A DNA stretch of 64,000 bases, from the IMG/VR virus record IMGVR_UViG_3300042444_000045, positions 1 through 64,000 of that record; one strand, 5' to 3'. The notes below the pieces were generated by a model. That model searched no databases and was not told the DNA's origin. It saw nothing but the letters and a program-made list of their open reading frames with translations. How positions within the stretch are numbered: position 1 is the first letter of the stretch; every line of letters starts with the position of its first letter. The stretch comes from a virus. The translations under genes and the position numbers were made by a program. This document shows positions 1 to 9,088 of the stretch, piece after piece.

Positions 1-989
1 TAAAACTTAATCTATCTCAGATTGAGGAGTTAGGTGACCTTGTTGGTTTTCCTGTTAAAGAATTTCTTGTTAGAAACCAAGAGGGTAAACAAAGATGGAT
101 TACTGAAGCTCAAGTAAGTGGTGCTCTTAAAGCTGGCTATACAGTAGCTGATAAAAGAATGTCCCATGCTGCTCCTGAGTGGATTCAGGGTAAGGGTGAG
201 GGTGGTTTCCTAATCTTGGATGACTATACTCGTGCTGACCACAGATTTATGCAGGCTACTATGGAGATTCTTGACCGTCAAGAGTATGTATCATGGAAGC
301 TTCCTAAGAACTGGCATGTTATCTTAACTTCAAATCCAGACAATGGTGACTATAATGTTACTAGTCTTGACGTAGCTCAGAAGACCAGATTTATTTCTGT
401 TGAGATGAAGTATGATGCACCTGTATGGGCTAAGTGGGCTGAGACTGCAGGTGTTGATGGCAGATGTATCAACTTTATGTTGATGCACCCAGAGCTTGTA
501 ACTCAACGTGTTAATCCAAGAGCTATTACTACATTCTTCAATGCTATTAGTTCTATTCCTAAGTTTGAAGAACAGTTGCCACTAATCCAAATGATTGGTG
601 AGGGTTCTGTTGGAGCTGATTTCTCTAGTATGTTTACTATGTTTATTAATAACAAGCTAGATAAGATTATTTCTCCTGAAGATATTCTTACTAAGGATGA
701 AGCATATGTAAAAGGTGCTATTGTATCTTCAGTAGGACAAGGTGATGATTTCCGTGCTGACTTATCCAGTGTTATTGCAACACGTGTAATTAACTATGCA
801 CTTACTGTTGCTGACAAAGGTGGAGTTCCAAAGGCTATGATTGAAAGATTGGCCAAAGTAACTACAGAGTTTGATGGCTTTACAAATGACTTGAGATACT
901 ATATGGTCAAAGAGATTGTAAATGGTAACAAGGTTAAGTTTGCTGCTTTGATGCAGGATACTAACGTAGTTAAGATGGCAATTCAGTAA
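1..989 (+). CDS. MoxR-like AAA+ ATPase, 5'-truncated by the window edge
   Basis: The frame is open from base 3 (KLNLSQIEELGDLVGFP...), so the true start is upstream. It has Walker B FLILDDYTRA, sensor-1 ILTSNP and an Arg-finger region SLDVAQKTRF. Confidence 0.8.
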   Translation, partial: KLNLSQIEELGDLVGFPVKEFLVRNQEGKQRWITEAQVSGALKAGYTVADKRMSHAAPEWIQGKGEGGFLILDDYTRADHRFMQATMEILDRQEYVSWKLPKNWHVILTSNPDNGDYNVTSLDVAQKTRFISVEMKYDAPVWAKWAETAGVDGRCINFMLMHPELVTQRVNPRAITTFFNAISSIPKFEEQLPLIQMIGEGSVGADFSSMFTMFINNKLDKIISPEDILTKDEAYVKGAIVSSVGQGDDFRADLSSVIATRVINYALTVADKGGVPKAMIERLAKVTTEFDGFTNDLRYYMVKEIVNGNKVKFAALMQDTNVVKMAIQ

Positions 990-994
990 TAACT

Positions 995-1024
995 AAGGGG
1001 GTGTAACAGCCCCCCTTTAATTTA
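995..1024 (+). terminator. Intrinsic terminator-like hairpin after the ATPase
   Basis: AAGGGGG-TGTAACAG-CCCCCCTT followed by a T-rich tract. Confidence 0.55.
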
Positions 1025-1029
1025 TAATT

Positions 1030-2325
1030 ATGAAAAGAGCAGTATTTTTTGATAAAGATGATGAAGCATTTACGGTAGATATAAAACATGTACTAGAAGA
1101 TTCTTCAAAGTTTGAACTATTTAATTTAAGTAAAGGTTATACTCCTACACAAGGAGATACAATTTATCTTATGCCAGGTGTTAATATCCCAAGAGCAAAA
1201 CTAAAAGACTTAGCACTTAATCAAGGTATTAAGGTGGTTAGGGATCCTGACAATGCAAATGTAATAATTACAGGTAGGGCTACTCCAGGTAGATTACTAT
1301 ATGGTAATTGGTATTATACAGCACCTATTGCTAAGATTGAAGAGTATCTTGATAAAGTAACAGTAGATGAGTATTATAAAGATAATCTACGTACAGCTAT
1401 GTTGTCTTCAGAATCAGACAATGTATATTTTAATTATAGTACTAAGGTTAGTATAACTAGTCATGTAGTTACTAGTGTATTTACTGGAGCTTCTCACCAC
1501 TATTATTATATACATGATGAGTGGAAACAGTTAATTGATGACTGTCAAAACAAAACAGTTTATGATGAGTCTGAGTTGCTTGCTATGATTAATGGTGATG
1601 ATGCTGTAACAATTACTAATGAGGTATATACTCAATTGCGTGAAATGTTTAAGAGCTCAGACCAGGATAATCATATCATGGCTATGGAGATCATGGCAAA
1701 CTCTAACTATGTAGAGAGTGCATTGTATTTGCTCATGTTACTAGAAGAGTATGGTCATAGAATAGCAAGCTGTCATACTAAGAATCATGTAAACTTCAAA
1801 TCTATGGTAAGTTACTTTGGTCTTAGAGTAAGAGATGTGGATTGCTTAGATCCAGATGATGTTTCTAAGAAACTAACTTCACTAGGTCTTCTTACTACAG
1901 GGTGGTTAAATATTCTCTTAGAATCTAGACTTGACTGGTTTATTACAAACATTGCTAGAAGTTCTACTTTTAACGTTGCAAGCATTGTTCCAACACCAGA
2001 CGTTGCAGTAGCAATTGACTCTGACTATAGAGCAGAGATTGACTTTGATGATGAGAAAAAGCCAGTGCTAGATTCTGCTATAGGTCTTGATGAAGTCTCT
2101 GAAGAAATAGAAGAAGTACACCAGGATGATTTAAGTGCACCAGTTCTAGAAGAATTAAATGATTTGGGCCTTGAAGGACCAGAGGGACCAAAGGGACCGG
2201 AAAATGATTCTAATCAAGTAGAAGCTGAGACAGAAATATTAACTGAAGAATTACTTATTGTACCTGTATCAAATAACAATCAAATAGAAGAAACAAATGA
2301 GTCCACTGGTATTGACTGGTTCTGA
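1030..2325 (+). CDS. Hypothetical protein with a possible N-terminal BRCT-like domain and acidic C-terminal tail
   Basis: 431 aa ORF. IYLMPGVNIPRAKLKDLALNQGIKVVRDPDNANVIITG resembles BRCT beta1-alpha1-beta2-beta3. The E/D-rich tail ends GIDWF. Confidence 0.6.
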   Translation: MKRAVFFDKDDEAFTVDIKHVLEDSSKFELFNLSKGYTPTQGDTIYLMPGVNIPRAKLKDLALNQGIKVVRDPDNANVIITGRATPGRLLYGNWYYTAPIAKIEEYLDKVTVDEYYKDNLRTAMLSSESDNVYFNYSTKVSITSHVVTSVFTGASHHYYYIHDEWKQLIDDCQNKTVYDESELLAMINGDDAVTITNEVYTQLREMFKSSDQDNHIMAMEIMANSNYVESALYLLMLLEEYGHRIASCHTKNHVNFKSMVSYFGLRVRDVDCLDPDDVSKKLTSLGLLTTGWLNILLESRLDWFITNIARSSTFNVASIVPTPDVAVAIDSDYRAEIDFDDEKKPVLDSAIGLDEVSEEIEEVHQDDLSAPVLEELNDLGLEGPEGPKGPENDSNQVEAETEILTEELLIVPVSNNNQIEETNESTGIDWF

Positions 2326-3316
2326 TGAACTAGAATTATTTTACAAGAAACCATTCTGGTTTAGTTACAGTAGCATTAATAAGCTGTTGTTTTCACCTAG
2401 AATGTTTTACAGTCATTATGTTTTGAATCAGAGAGAGGACAGTACAGACGCGCACCTGGTAGCAGGGCGCGTTCTACACTGTCTCTTATTTGAACCAGAT
2501 CATTATGATAAACAATTTATTAGCATGCCAGGCAAATATCCTACGGATAGCCAGAGAAAGATTATTGATAATATTTTCAAGTACCATTGTACTGTTGGAA
2601 ATGATTCATTATCTTTGAATGATTACTCTCAAGAAATACTCTCAGAATTACTTATAGCAAATCTTTACCAGTCTCTTAAAACAGATGCTCAAAGACTAGA
2701 CAAAGTTCTTACAGAAGAAAATAAATCCTACTTTGATTTCTTAAAAGAAAGTCTTGATAAGACTATAGTAGATGAGGTTACTTTGAACAACTGCAGAGAA
2801 TCTCTCATAGAACTAAAATCTAATCAAGCAGTAAGAGCCCTTTTACAATTGGATAAAACTCCTAATGATGTTCACATAAAAACATTTAGTGAGCATATGA
2901 TTAGTGTTAATCAGGAGCACTTACCATTTGGCTATAAGGGTATCTTAGATAATGTGGTAATGGATTATGATACCAAGACCTTATTTATCAATGACTTGAA
3001 GACCACAGGTAAAGATATTGCATCTTTCCCAGAGTCTGTAAGCTATTATAAATATTGGATTCAGGCTGCCATTTATCACAAGCTTGCCTGGGAGAATTTT
3101 ATTAAGCCACTTCCAGATGCTGTTGAATGGAATATAGTAATTACATTCATAGTAATTGATAAGTATAACCAAGTGTATCCTTACCAGGTAAGCAAAGAAA
3201 CATTAGAAATGTGGTTAGCTGACTTTGAAGACATAGAGGATAAACTAAGATATCACTATGAGAACAAGGAATATAGACTACCATATGAACTAGCTTTAGG
3301 TAATGTAACACTGTAA
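2297..3316 (+). CDS. PD-(D/E)XK exonuclease (RecE/ExoVIII- or Cas4-like)
   Basis: Motifs FSYSSI, GRVLHCLLFEP, KGILD, INDLKTT and YWIQAAIY. Confidence 0.8.
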   Translation: MSPLVLTGSDELELFYKKPFWFSYSSINKLLFSPRMFYSHYVLNQREDSTDAHLVAGRVLHCLLFEPDHYDKQFISMPGKYPTDSQRKIIDNIFKYHCTVGNDSLSLNDYSQEILSELLIANLYQSLKTDAQRLDKVLTEENKSYFDFLKESLDKTIVDEVTLNNCRESLIELKSNQAVRALLQLDKTPNDVHIKTFSEHMISVNQEHLPFGYKGILDNVVMDYDTKTLFINDLKTTGKDIASFPESVSYYKYWIQAAIYHKLAWENFIKPLPDAVEWNIVITFIVIDKYNQVYPYQVSKETLEMWLADFEDIEDKLRYHYENKEYRLPYELALGNVTL

Positions 3317-3318
3317 TT

Positions 3319-3885
3319 ATGGTAATTAATTCAATCTATAGGAAATACTTTCAGAAGTCTAAGATATTTTTATATCCGCTCTTAGACATTAAAAGGGGTA
3401 CAAGTGTTGTGCCGGAAGACACATATGTGGCATGGGATGACAAATATACCCCTGAGGATATGAAGCTTGTTTGTGTATATCATCACAGAACTGATAAGGA
3501 GTATCAGGATTTTGAAAAGCAGGTGCTGATGAAACATAACAGGCTGTTTGAATACATTAAGGGAGACAAAGAGAAGAGTATCTTTGTATTTGACTTCTCT
3601 GATAAACAAGATGATTGGCAGAAGTTTCTAGATGGTAAGTATAGTAAACTATCAAAGGAGTCTAGAGATAAAGTTATAAACTTCTTTGAGAAGTATAGTG
3701 GCAACTATATTTATATCTACAGTTATCTTAATCCGGAACTATGGTTTGAAAGATATGCAGAGCTATTAGATGTAGATAAAAGTGAGTTAGAAAGAGTAGG
3801 AGAGCTGTGCAGTAAACCAGATCTAGACAAAGAAAGATTAATTTTTATTGTTGCAGATTTGGAAAACATAGAAATTCTAGATTAA
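3319..3885 (+). CDS. Hypothetical phage protein
   Basis: 188 aa ORF packed 2 nt after the upstream stop, with an A/T-rich start context. Confidence 0.7.
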   Translation: MVINSIYRKYFQKSKIFLYPLLDIKRGTSVVPEDTYVAWDDKYTPEDMKLVCVYHHRTDKEYQDFEKQVLMKHNRLFEYIKGDKEKSIFVFDFSDKQDDWQKFLDGKYSKLSKESRDKVINFFEKYSGNYIYIYSYLNPELWFERYAELLDVDKSELERVGELCSKPDLDKERLIFIVADLENIEILD

Positions 3886-3905
3886 TTTGTATAAAAATAA
3901 CCAAC

Positions 3906-4247
3906 ATGGAAAAAAATATGATGCTTGTTGCCTCAGAATGGAATGGCAAACCAAGCTTTAGAACAGTGCCAATGACGGCAGATTGTCCTTATGTAGAATG
4001 TATCTTTGACCCAGAAAGCAAAGTGTTTGTAGTAATCTCTAAAACAAAGAGAAATACATTACAGATGCTTCCTAAGCTTGATGAGTATGGTCAACCTCTT
4101 TCAGGAACAAAGGGAGTAAAACAAGAAAGACATAAACTTGAAGTATTTCAAGAGTATTACATTGCTGATGTAGAATCTATTAAAAGTTTTATTAATCTAA
4201 TTGCAGTTAATGCAGATTTTGATTATCTTAGCTTTATAAATGCATAG
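3906..4247 (+). CDS. Hypothetical phage protein
   Basis: 113 aa ORF with an A-rich leader (AAAAATAACCAAC-ATG), followed by a terminator. Confidence 0.7.
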   Translation: MEKNMMLVASEWNGKPSFRTVPMTADCPYVECIFDPESKVFVVISKTKRNTLQMLPKLDEYGQPLSGTKGVKQERHKLEVFQEYYIADVESIKSFINLIAVNADFDYLSFINA

Positions 4248-4270
4248 CATTTAGAGAGAAACAGCAAAGG

Positions 4271-4296
4271 AAAGGTAGCAATAGCTGCCTTTTTTT
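4271..4296 (+). terminator. Intrinsic terminator
   Basis: AAAGGTAGC-AATA-GCTGCCTTT stem (one G-U pair) with a T-tract. Confidence 0.75.
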
Positions 4297-4336
4297 ATGC
4301 ACAAAAGGGGGAACAGCTTAACTGAACATATATATT

Positions 4337-6235
4337 ATGAGACAACATTGGGTAATGGATTATGAAACTCTTAGTAATTGTTTCATAGGTGTATTTGAGG
4401 GTATCAAATCAGAAGATCAAGAAATATTTGTGGTTCATGAAAGTAGAAATGACATCAGGGAACTAGTAGAGTTCCTTGATAGAAATATCTATTATGAAGA
4501 GTGGCATGTTAGTTTCAATGGTCTCGGGTTTGACAGTCAGATCACAGAAAGTATTATTAGAAATAAGGAGTGGTTAATTGAACAGAGTCCTGAAAAGATT
4601 GCCAAGTTTATTTATGGTAAAGCACAGGATGTTATCTACAAACAGAACAATGGAGAGTTCTTAGAGTACTCTCCACGGGATCTTAGTATTAGACAGCTTG
4701 ATGTGTTCAAACTAAACCACTGGGATAATAATGCTAAGAGGAGTTCTCTTAAATGGATTCAGTATACAATGGATTGGACTAATATTATTGATATGCCCAT
4801 CCGTCATACTGAGCACATTGTAGAGGAACAGATACCGGAAATCATCAGATATTGTATTAATGATGTGAAGTCTACTAAACAGATCATGAATCTAAGTAAG
4901 AGTCAGATTGAGTTAAGAAGAACACTAACAGAAGAGTATGGTATTGATTTGTATTCTGCATCTGAGCCAAGAATTTCTAAGGAACTATTCTTATTGTTCT
5001 TAAGTCAAAAGACTGGTATAAAGAAGTGGGATCTTAAACAGATGCGCACACATAGAGCCCGGATTACAGTAAAGAATATTATTCTACCCTACATTGAATT
5101 CAAGACAGCTACATTTCAGAACTTACTAAAGAAGTTTCAGGAGGTAGTTATCTATCCAGGAGAAACCAAGGGTGGGTTTAAATATTCTGTACAGTACAAA
5201 GGTGTCAAGACGGATTATGGTCTAGGTGGTATTCATGGTGCTAGGTCTACAAAGGTCTATGAGTCTAATGAGGATATGGTAATAATGACGTCTGACGTTA
5301 CTAGTTTCTATCCTAACTTAGCTATTAGGAACAAGTGGGCACCAGCCCATCTAGAACAAGATGATTTCTGTGATCTGTATGAGTGGTTCTTTGAAGAGAG
5401 GAAGAAGATTCCTAAGAAAGACCCTAAGAATTATGTATACAAGATTATTCTAAACTCAACCTATGGTCTGAGTAATGATGAGAATAGTTTCCTGTATGAT
5501 CCTGAGTTTACTATGAGGATTACTATTAATGGTCAGCTTAGTCTGAGCATGTTGTATGAGATGATTTGTGAGGAGATTCCCAATGCAGTACCCCTAATGC
5601 AAAATACAGATGGTCTTGAGACATTGATACCAAGAGAGTATGTAGATAAGTATATGGATATCTGTAAGAGATGGGAAGACATTACACAGCTTCAATTAGA
5701 GCATGATACTTATAGTAAGATTATTCTTGGGGACGTGAATAATTATATTGCCATCACTGAAGATGGTAAATCTAAGTGCAAGGGTAGGTTTGAATATGAT
5801 AACCTGGCCCTACATAAAAATAAGAGTTTTCTTATTATACCTAAAGCAATACATGCATATTTTGTAGATGGTATCAAGCCTGAAGATTTTCTGGCTCAGA
5901 ACCAGAACATATTTGACTATTGTGGTGGTGTTAAGATCAAAGGAGACTGGAGTTTTTATGAACACCATATTGTTAATGGTGAGTATGAGGTTAAACCTTT
6001 ACAGCATACAATAAGATATTTTGTATCTAAATCCGGGTCAAAAATTATTAAAAAGAATAATACTGACGGAAGAGAAATCCAGGTTGAGGCTGGGAAATGG
6101 ATGCAGACTACTCTTATTAACTATACTGAAAAAGAATTCAGTGAGTATGACATCAATTATGATTACTACCTAGAGAATATTTACAAGGAGATAAGGAACC
6201 TTGAACCAATTATTACACAACTTAAATTATTTTAA
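4337..6235 (+). CDS. polB: Family B DNA polymerase with 3'-5' exonuclease
   Basis: ExoI DYETL, ExoII SFNGLGFD, ExoIII YCINDV, motif A SDVTSFYPN, motif B YKIILNSTYG and motif C QNTDG. No intein or intron is apparent. Confidence 0.93.
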   Translation: MRQHWVMDYETLSNCFIGVFEGIKSEDQEIFVVHESRNDIRELVEFLDRNIYYEEWHVSFNGLGFDSQITESIIRNKEWLIEQSPEKIAKFIYGKAQDVIYKQNNGEFLEYSPRDLSIRQLDVFKLNHWDNNAKRSSLKWIQYTMDWTNIIDMPIRHTEHIVEEQIPEIIRYCINDVKSTKQIMNLSKSQIELRRTLTEEYGIDLYSASEPRISKELFLLFLSQKTGIKKWDLKQMRTHRARITVKNIILPYIEFKTATFQNLLKKFQEVVIYPGETKGGFKYSVQYKGVKTDYGLGGIHGARSTKVYESNEDMVIMTSDVTSFYPNLAIRNKWAPAHLEQDDFCDLYEWFFEERKKIPKKDPKNYVYKIILNSTYGLSNDENSFLYDPEFTMRITINGQLSLSMLYEMICEEIPNAVPLMQNTDGLETLIPREYVDKYMDICKRWEDITQLQLEHDTYSKIILGDVNNYIAITEDGKSKCKGRFEYDNLALHKNKSFLIIPKAIHAYFVDGIKPEDFLAQNQNIFDYCGGVKIKGDWSFYEHHIVNGEYEVKPLQHTIRYFVSKSGSKIIKKNNTDGREIQVEAGKWMQTTLINYTEKEFSEYDINYDYYLENIYKEIRNLEPIITQLKLF

Positions 6236-6236
6236 A

Positions 6237-7430
6237 ATGCCAAAGAAGATTAGTGAGTGGAGTAAAGCACAGTTAGTTGCTGTTGATTTACCAACACATG
6301 GTGACAGTTATACTGTAATTAGTCACCAGTCTGTAATTGATTATGTATATACAGAGCTTGCAGTAGCAGGCTTTGGAGTTGTTTCTGAAACATTTAGAGC
6401 AACTGCAGATGGCCAGATTGCACATGGGATTCATGTGTTACAATATCAATCTGACCCAGAATTATCTATGATGTTTGCTTGGACTAATAGTTACAACAAA
6501 CAAGTGAGATTTAAATGTGGAGTTGGTGCATATGTAAACCAAGCGGGTACATTCATGGTACACGGGGATATGGGTAGCTGGGCTAGAAAGCATACTGGTA
6601 CCGCAGATGAAGAGACTGTAGAAACAATCAAGGGTCAGATTAAAGATGCTCAAATGTACTATGATCAGCTTAAGTCTGATAAAGATGCAATGAAGGAGAT
6701 CAAGATGAATAAGAGAAAACAAGCTCAACTTCTTGGTATTCTGTTTGCAGAGTATCAGATCTTAACTACTGAACAAGCAAACATTGTAAGATCAGAGATG
6801 ATGAAACCTACACACGTGTTTGAAGACACTAGCAGCTTATGGGCCTTTTATAACTATGTAACTGGTGCACTACAAACTTCACATCCAAAAACTTGGATGG
6901 AAGACCAAAGAGTTCTTCACTACTTTATCTCTAGTGTAAACAATTTTGCTAAGCCGGTTCCCGTTGAAGTAGAGACTGAACATGAAGAAGAAGAGAGAGT
7001 TATGGATCCGTTATTAACTAACTATGGTCAGCCTGAAAATCAGACCAATCTTTTAGTCCAAATTGCAGAAACAGAAGCTAACGTAGAAGAAGTAGAAGAA
7101 GTCAAGGAAGAACAGGAAAACAAGGTATGTGATGAAGCAGTAAGTTATACTGATCCTATGGGTAATACTTTTGAAGCACCAATAGTTATAGATTCTATTG
7201 ACCTCAATAGAGAGACTAAAATGTCTGTTATAATCAGCCCATGTGCAGCTCATGATTTAGAAGCAGATAAGTTTATGGATGCTCCTGATGAAACAATAGA
7301 AGAGGTTCCATCTTTAGAACCAACTCCAGAAGATCATTTAGTGTTTGAAACACAACAAAAAGAAACTGAAGATGATTTTGCATTTGATTTCTCAGATGAG
7401 GAAGATGATGATGGTAACTCATTCTTCTAA
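6237..7430 (+). CDS. DUF932-like protein with a long acidic C-terminal tail
   Basis: The ATG at 6237 directly follows the polB stop. Motifs YTVISHQ, AWTNSYNKQ, ARKHTG and SLWAFYNYVTGALQ. Ends DDFAFDFSDEEDDDGNSFF. Confidence 0.6.
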   Translation: MPKKISEWSKAQLVAVDLPTHGDSYTVISHQSVIDYVYTELAVAGFGVVSETFRATADGQIAHGIHVLQYQSDPELSMMFAWTNSYNKQVRFKCGVGAYVNQAGTFMVHGDMGSWARKHTGTADEETVETIKGQIKDAQMYYDQLKSDKDAMKEIKMNKRKQAQLLGILFAEYQILTTEQANIVRSEMMKPTHVFEDTSSLWAFYNYVTGALQTSHPKTWMEDQRVLHYFISSVNNFAKPVPVEVETEHEEEERVMDPLLTNYGQPENQTNLLVQIAETEANVEEVEEVKEEQENKVCDEAVSYTDPMGNTFEAPIVIDSIDLNRETKMSVIISPCAAHDLEADKFMDAPDETIEEVPSLEPTPEDHLVFETQQKETEDDFAFDFSDEEDDDGNSFF

Positions 7431-7465
7431 GATCCTGAAAGGGAAACAATAATACACAAAAGAGA

Positions 7466-7499
7466 GGGGGGTGACTTTTTAGTCATCCCCTTTTTTTTT
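7466..7499 (+). terminator. Intrinsic terminator
   Basis: GGGGGTGACT-TTTT-AGTCATCCCC stem followed by T9. Confidence 0.85.
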
Positions 7500-7506
7500 A
7501 ACTTTG
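7499..7506 (+). promoter_or_regulatory. Possible Bacteroidota sigma70 -7 element (TAnnTTTG)
   Basis: TAACTTTG lies 4 nt before the ATG at 7511. There is no clear -33 TTTG element. Confidence 0.3.
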
Positions 7507-7510
7507 ACAT

Positions 7511-7897
7511 ATGAAAGAACAATTAAAAGCAGTAGAAACATTTCATAGTGCCTTTGGGCAAGAAAATGGTAAATATCCAAGACCCTTAGATGAGCATGGG
7601 TTCAATCTCAGACACTCTCTTATGCAGGAAGAGAATGATGAATACTTAGAAGCTTGTTTTAATAACTCATTAGTAGAAATAGCTGATGCATTGGGGGATC
7701 AACTATACATTCTTTGCGGGACTATCCTTAGACATGGTATGCAGCATATCATAGAAGATGTATTTAATGAAATACAAGCCAGCAATATGAGCAAGTTGGG
7801 AGATGATGGCAAGCCTGTTCTCCGTGAAGATGGTAAGATATTAAAGGGTCCTGGTTATTTTAGACCAGATCTTAGTAAATTTATAGAAATCAAGTAA
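7511..7897 (+). CDS. MazG-like / PRA-PH family nucleoside triphosphate pyrophosphohydrolase
   Basis: LMQEENDEYLEA, EIADALGDQLYILCG, SNMSKL and REDGKILKGP are typical of this all-alpha NTP-PPase family. Confidence 0.88.
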   Translation: MKEQLKAVETFHSAFGQENGKYPRPLDEHGFNLRHSLMQEENDEYLEACFNNSLVEIADALGDQLYILCGTILRHGMQHIIEDVFNEIQASNMSKLGDDGKPVLREDGKILKGPGYFRPDLSKFIEIK

Positions 7898-7899
7898 CC

Positions 7900-8511
7900 A
7901 TGTTTAAAATTAACCAACAATCAAACAAGAGATTCTTTGTAGTAGACAACTTTTATGAAGATCCTACAGCAGTTAGAGAATATGCATTAATGCAAACATA
8001 CTTTCCAGGAGAAGGAGCTGTAGGTGAAAGAACTCGTATGCAGTTTTTATTTGATGGGATTAAAGAAAAGTTTGAAGAGATAATGCAAATTGAAATTGCA
8101 GATCACACTGATGATGGTTATGGTTGGTATGACACTGGTATTAATGGTAGATTTCAATCTTGTATAGGTGGTGTTCCTCAGGTGTTTCACTGTGATGCTC
8201 AAAAATGGGCTGCAGTTTTATTCTTAACTCCAGATGCTCCACCACAAAGTGGTACAAGCTTTTATAGACACAAGCAGTCTAAAGTCTTTCATAATGATCA
8301 AATTGATTGGTCAGCAGGTGAGAATGGTAATGTATTTTCTAAAGATACATTTCTAGATCCTACCCCATTTGAAAGACAAGACACAGTAGGGAATGTATTC
8401 AATAGACTAGTAATCTTTGATGGTGGTCTTATACATTCCGGTAATGATTATTTTGGACATAGTAGAGAAACAGGAAGACTGTTTCAAATTTTCTTTTTTA
8501 ATGAATCATGA
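7900..8511 (+). CDS. 2OG-Fe(II) oxygenase-like protein (DUF6445-like)
   Basis: VVDNFYEDP start, HxD (FHCDA), GTSFY, NRLVIFDG-x3-H and a terminal RLFQIFF. Confidence 0.72.
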   Translation: MFKINQQSNKRFFVVDNFYEDPTAVREYALMQTYFPGEGAVGERTRMQFLFDGIKEKFEEIMQIEIADHTDDGYGWYDTGINGRFQSCIGGVPQVFHCDAQKWAAVLFLTPDAPPQSGTSFYRHKQSKVFHNDQIDWSAGENGNVFSKDTFLDPTPFERQDTVGNVFNRLVIFDGGLIHSGNDYFGHSRETGRLFQIFFFNES

Positions 8512-8936
8512 CATTTCTGAATTCACATCCAATTAAAAAATCTGATTTAGGTTTTCATGGTAATCTTTTTGGTGGTAAACTTCTTGCATGGATTGATGCA
8601 GCTGCCGCTGGTTATGCAATGCAGTTATGTGACACTCCAAGAATGGTAACAGTAAGTATTGATAAGTGTAACTTTGAAAAACCTGCAAGAGAGAGTCAAT
8701 TACTTAAAATATATGGTAAACCTCATAGGGTTGGTAATACATCTGTGTCACTTTATATGGAGGCAAGAGCACATAATGTTTATACCGGAGCCCAGACTTT
8801 AGTACTAAAAACAAATATTACTTTTGTGCACATTGATGAAGAGGGAAATCCTATTCCCATTGGTGAGAAAGGTAGACGTAGAATTACAAACTTAATAGAA
8901 GATGAGCCCACAACAACTAAAGAAACTCCTTATTGA
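8508..8936 (+). CDS. Hotdog-fold acyl-CoA thioesterase (YciA-like)
   Basis: DLGFHGNLFGGKLLAWIDAAA, VTVSID, VGNTS and TFVHIDEEGNPIP. Confidence 0.88.
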   Translation: MTFLNSHPIKKSDLGFHGNLFGGKLLAWIDAAAAGYAMQLCDTPRMVTVSIDKCNFEKPARESQLLKIYGKPHRVGNTSVSLYMEARAHNVYTGAQTLVLKTNITFVHIDEEGNPIPIGEKGRRRITNLIEDEPTTTKETPY

Positions 8937-9078
8937 AGCTTACTTAGCCGGTGCTGAGAGTATGACATGTGGTTGTTTACCTATGCAGACTAAATCAGAC
9001 GCAAGAGATTGGTTTGAAGAAAACCATCAACTATTTCAAGAAGCAACAACTACTACAAATAAGAAAGGGGAGCAATAG
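8902..9078 (+). CDS. Small hypothetical protein (58 aa), below the ORF-track cutoff
   Basis: Translated by hand as MSPQQLKKLLIEAYLAGAESMTCGCLPMQTKSDARDWFEENHQLFQEATTTTNKKGEQ*. It fills the gap up to the terminator. Confidence 0.55.
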   Translation: MSPQQLKKLLIEAYLAGAESMTCGCLPMQTKSDARDWFEENHQLFQEATTTTNKKGEQ

Positions 9079-9088
9079 CTCCCTTTTT
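9064..9088. terminator. Bidirectional terminator at the convergence of the replication and virion modules
   Basis: AAAGG-GGAGC-AATA-GCTCC-CTTTTT, with A- and T-tracts on either side, between convergent stops. Confidence 0.75.

Noticed and set aside
2167-2202. Collagen-like GLEGPEGPKGPE
   Set aside because: Four triplets are too few for a triple helix.
2297-3316. Cas4-like nuclease as a sign of a CRISPR system
   Set aside because: No repeat-spacer array or other cas genes are in the window. It lacks the Cas4 Fe-S cysteine set and fits a phage recombination exonuclease.
4337-6235. Intein or intron in polB or the RNAP core, common in crAss-like phages
   Set aside because: Motif spacing is compact and no splice-junction or homing-endonuclease motifs were seen.
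6201-6236. ORF-track start at 6201 for the DUF932-like gene
   Set aside because: It is a TTG inside polB. The ATG at 6237, right after the polB stop, is more plausible.
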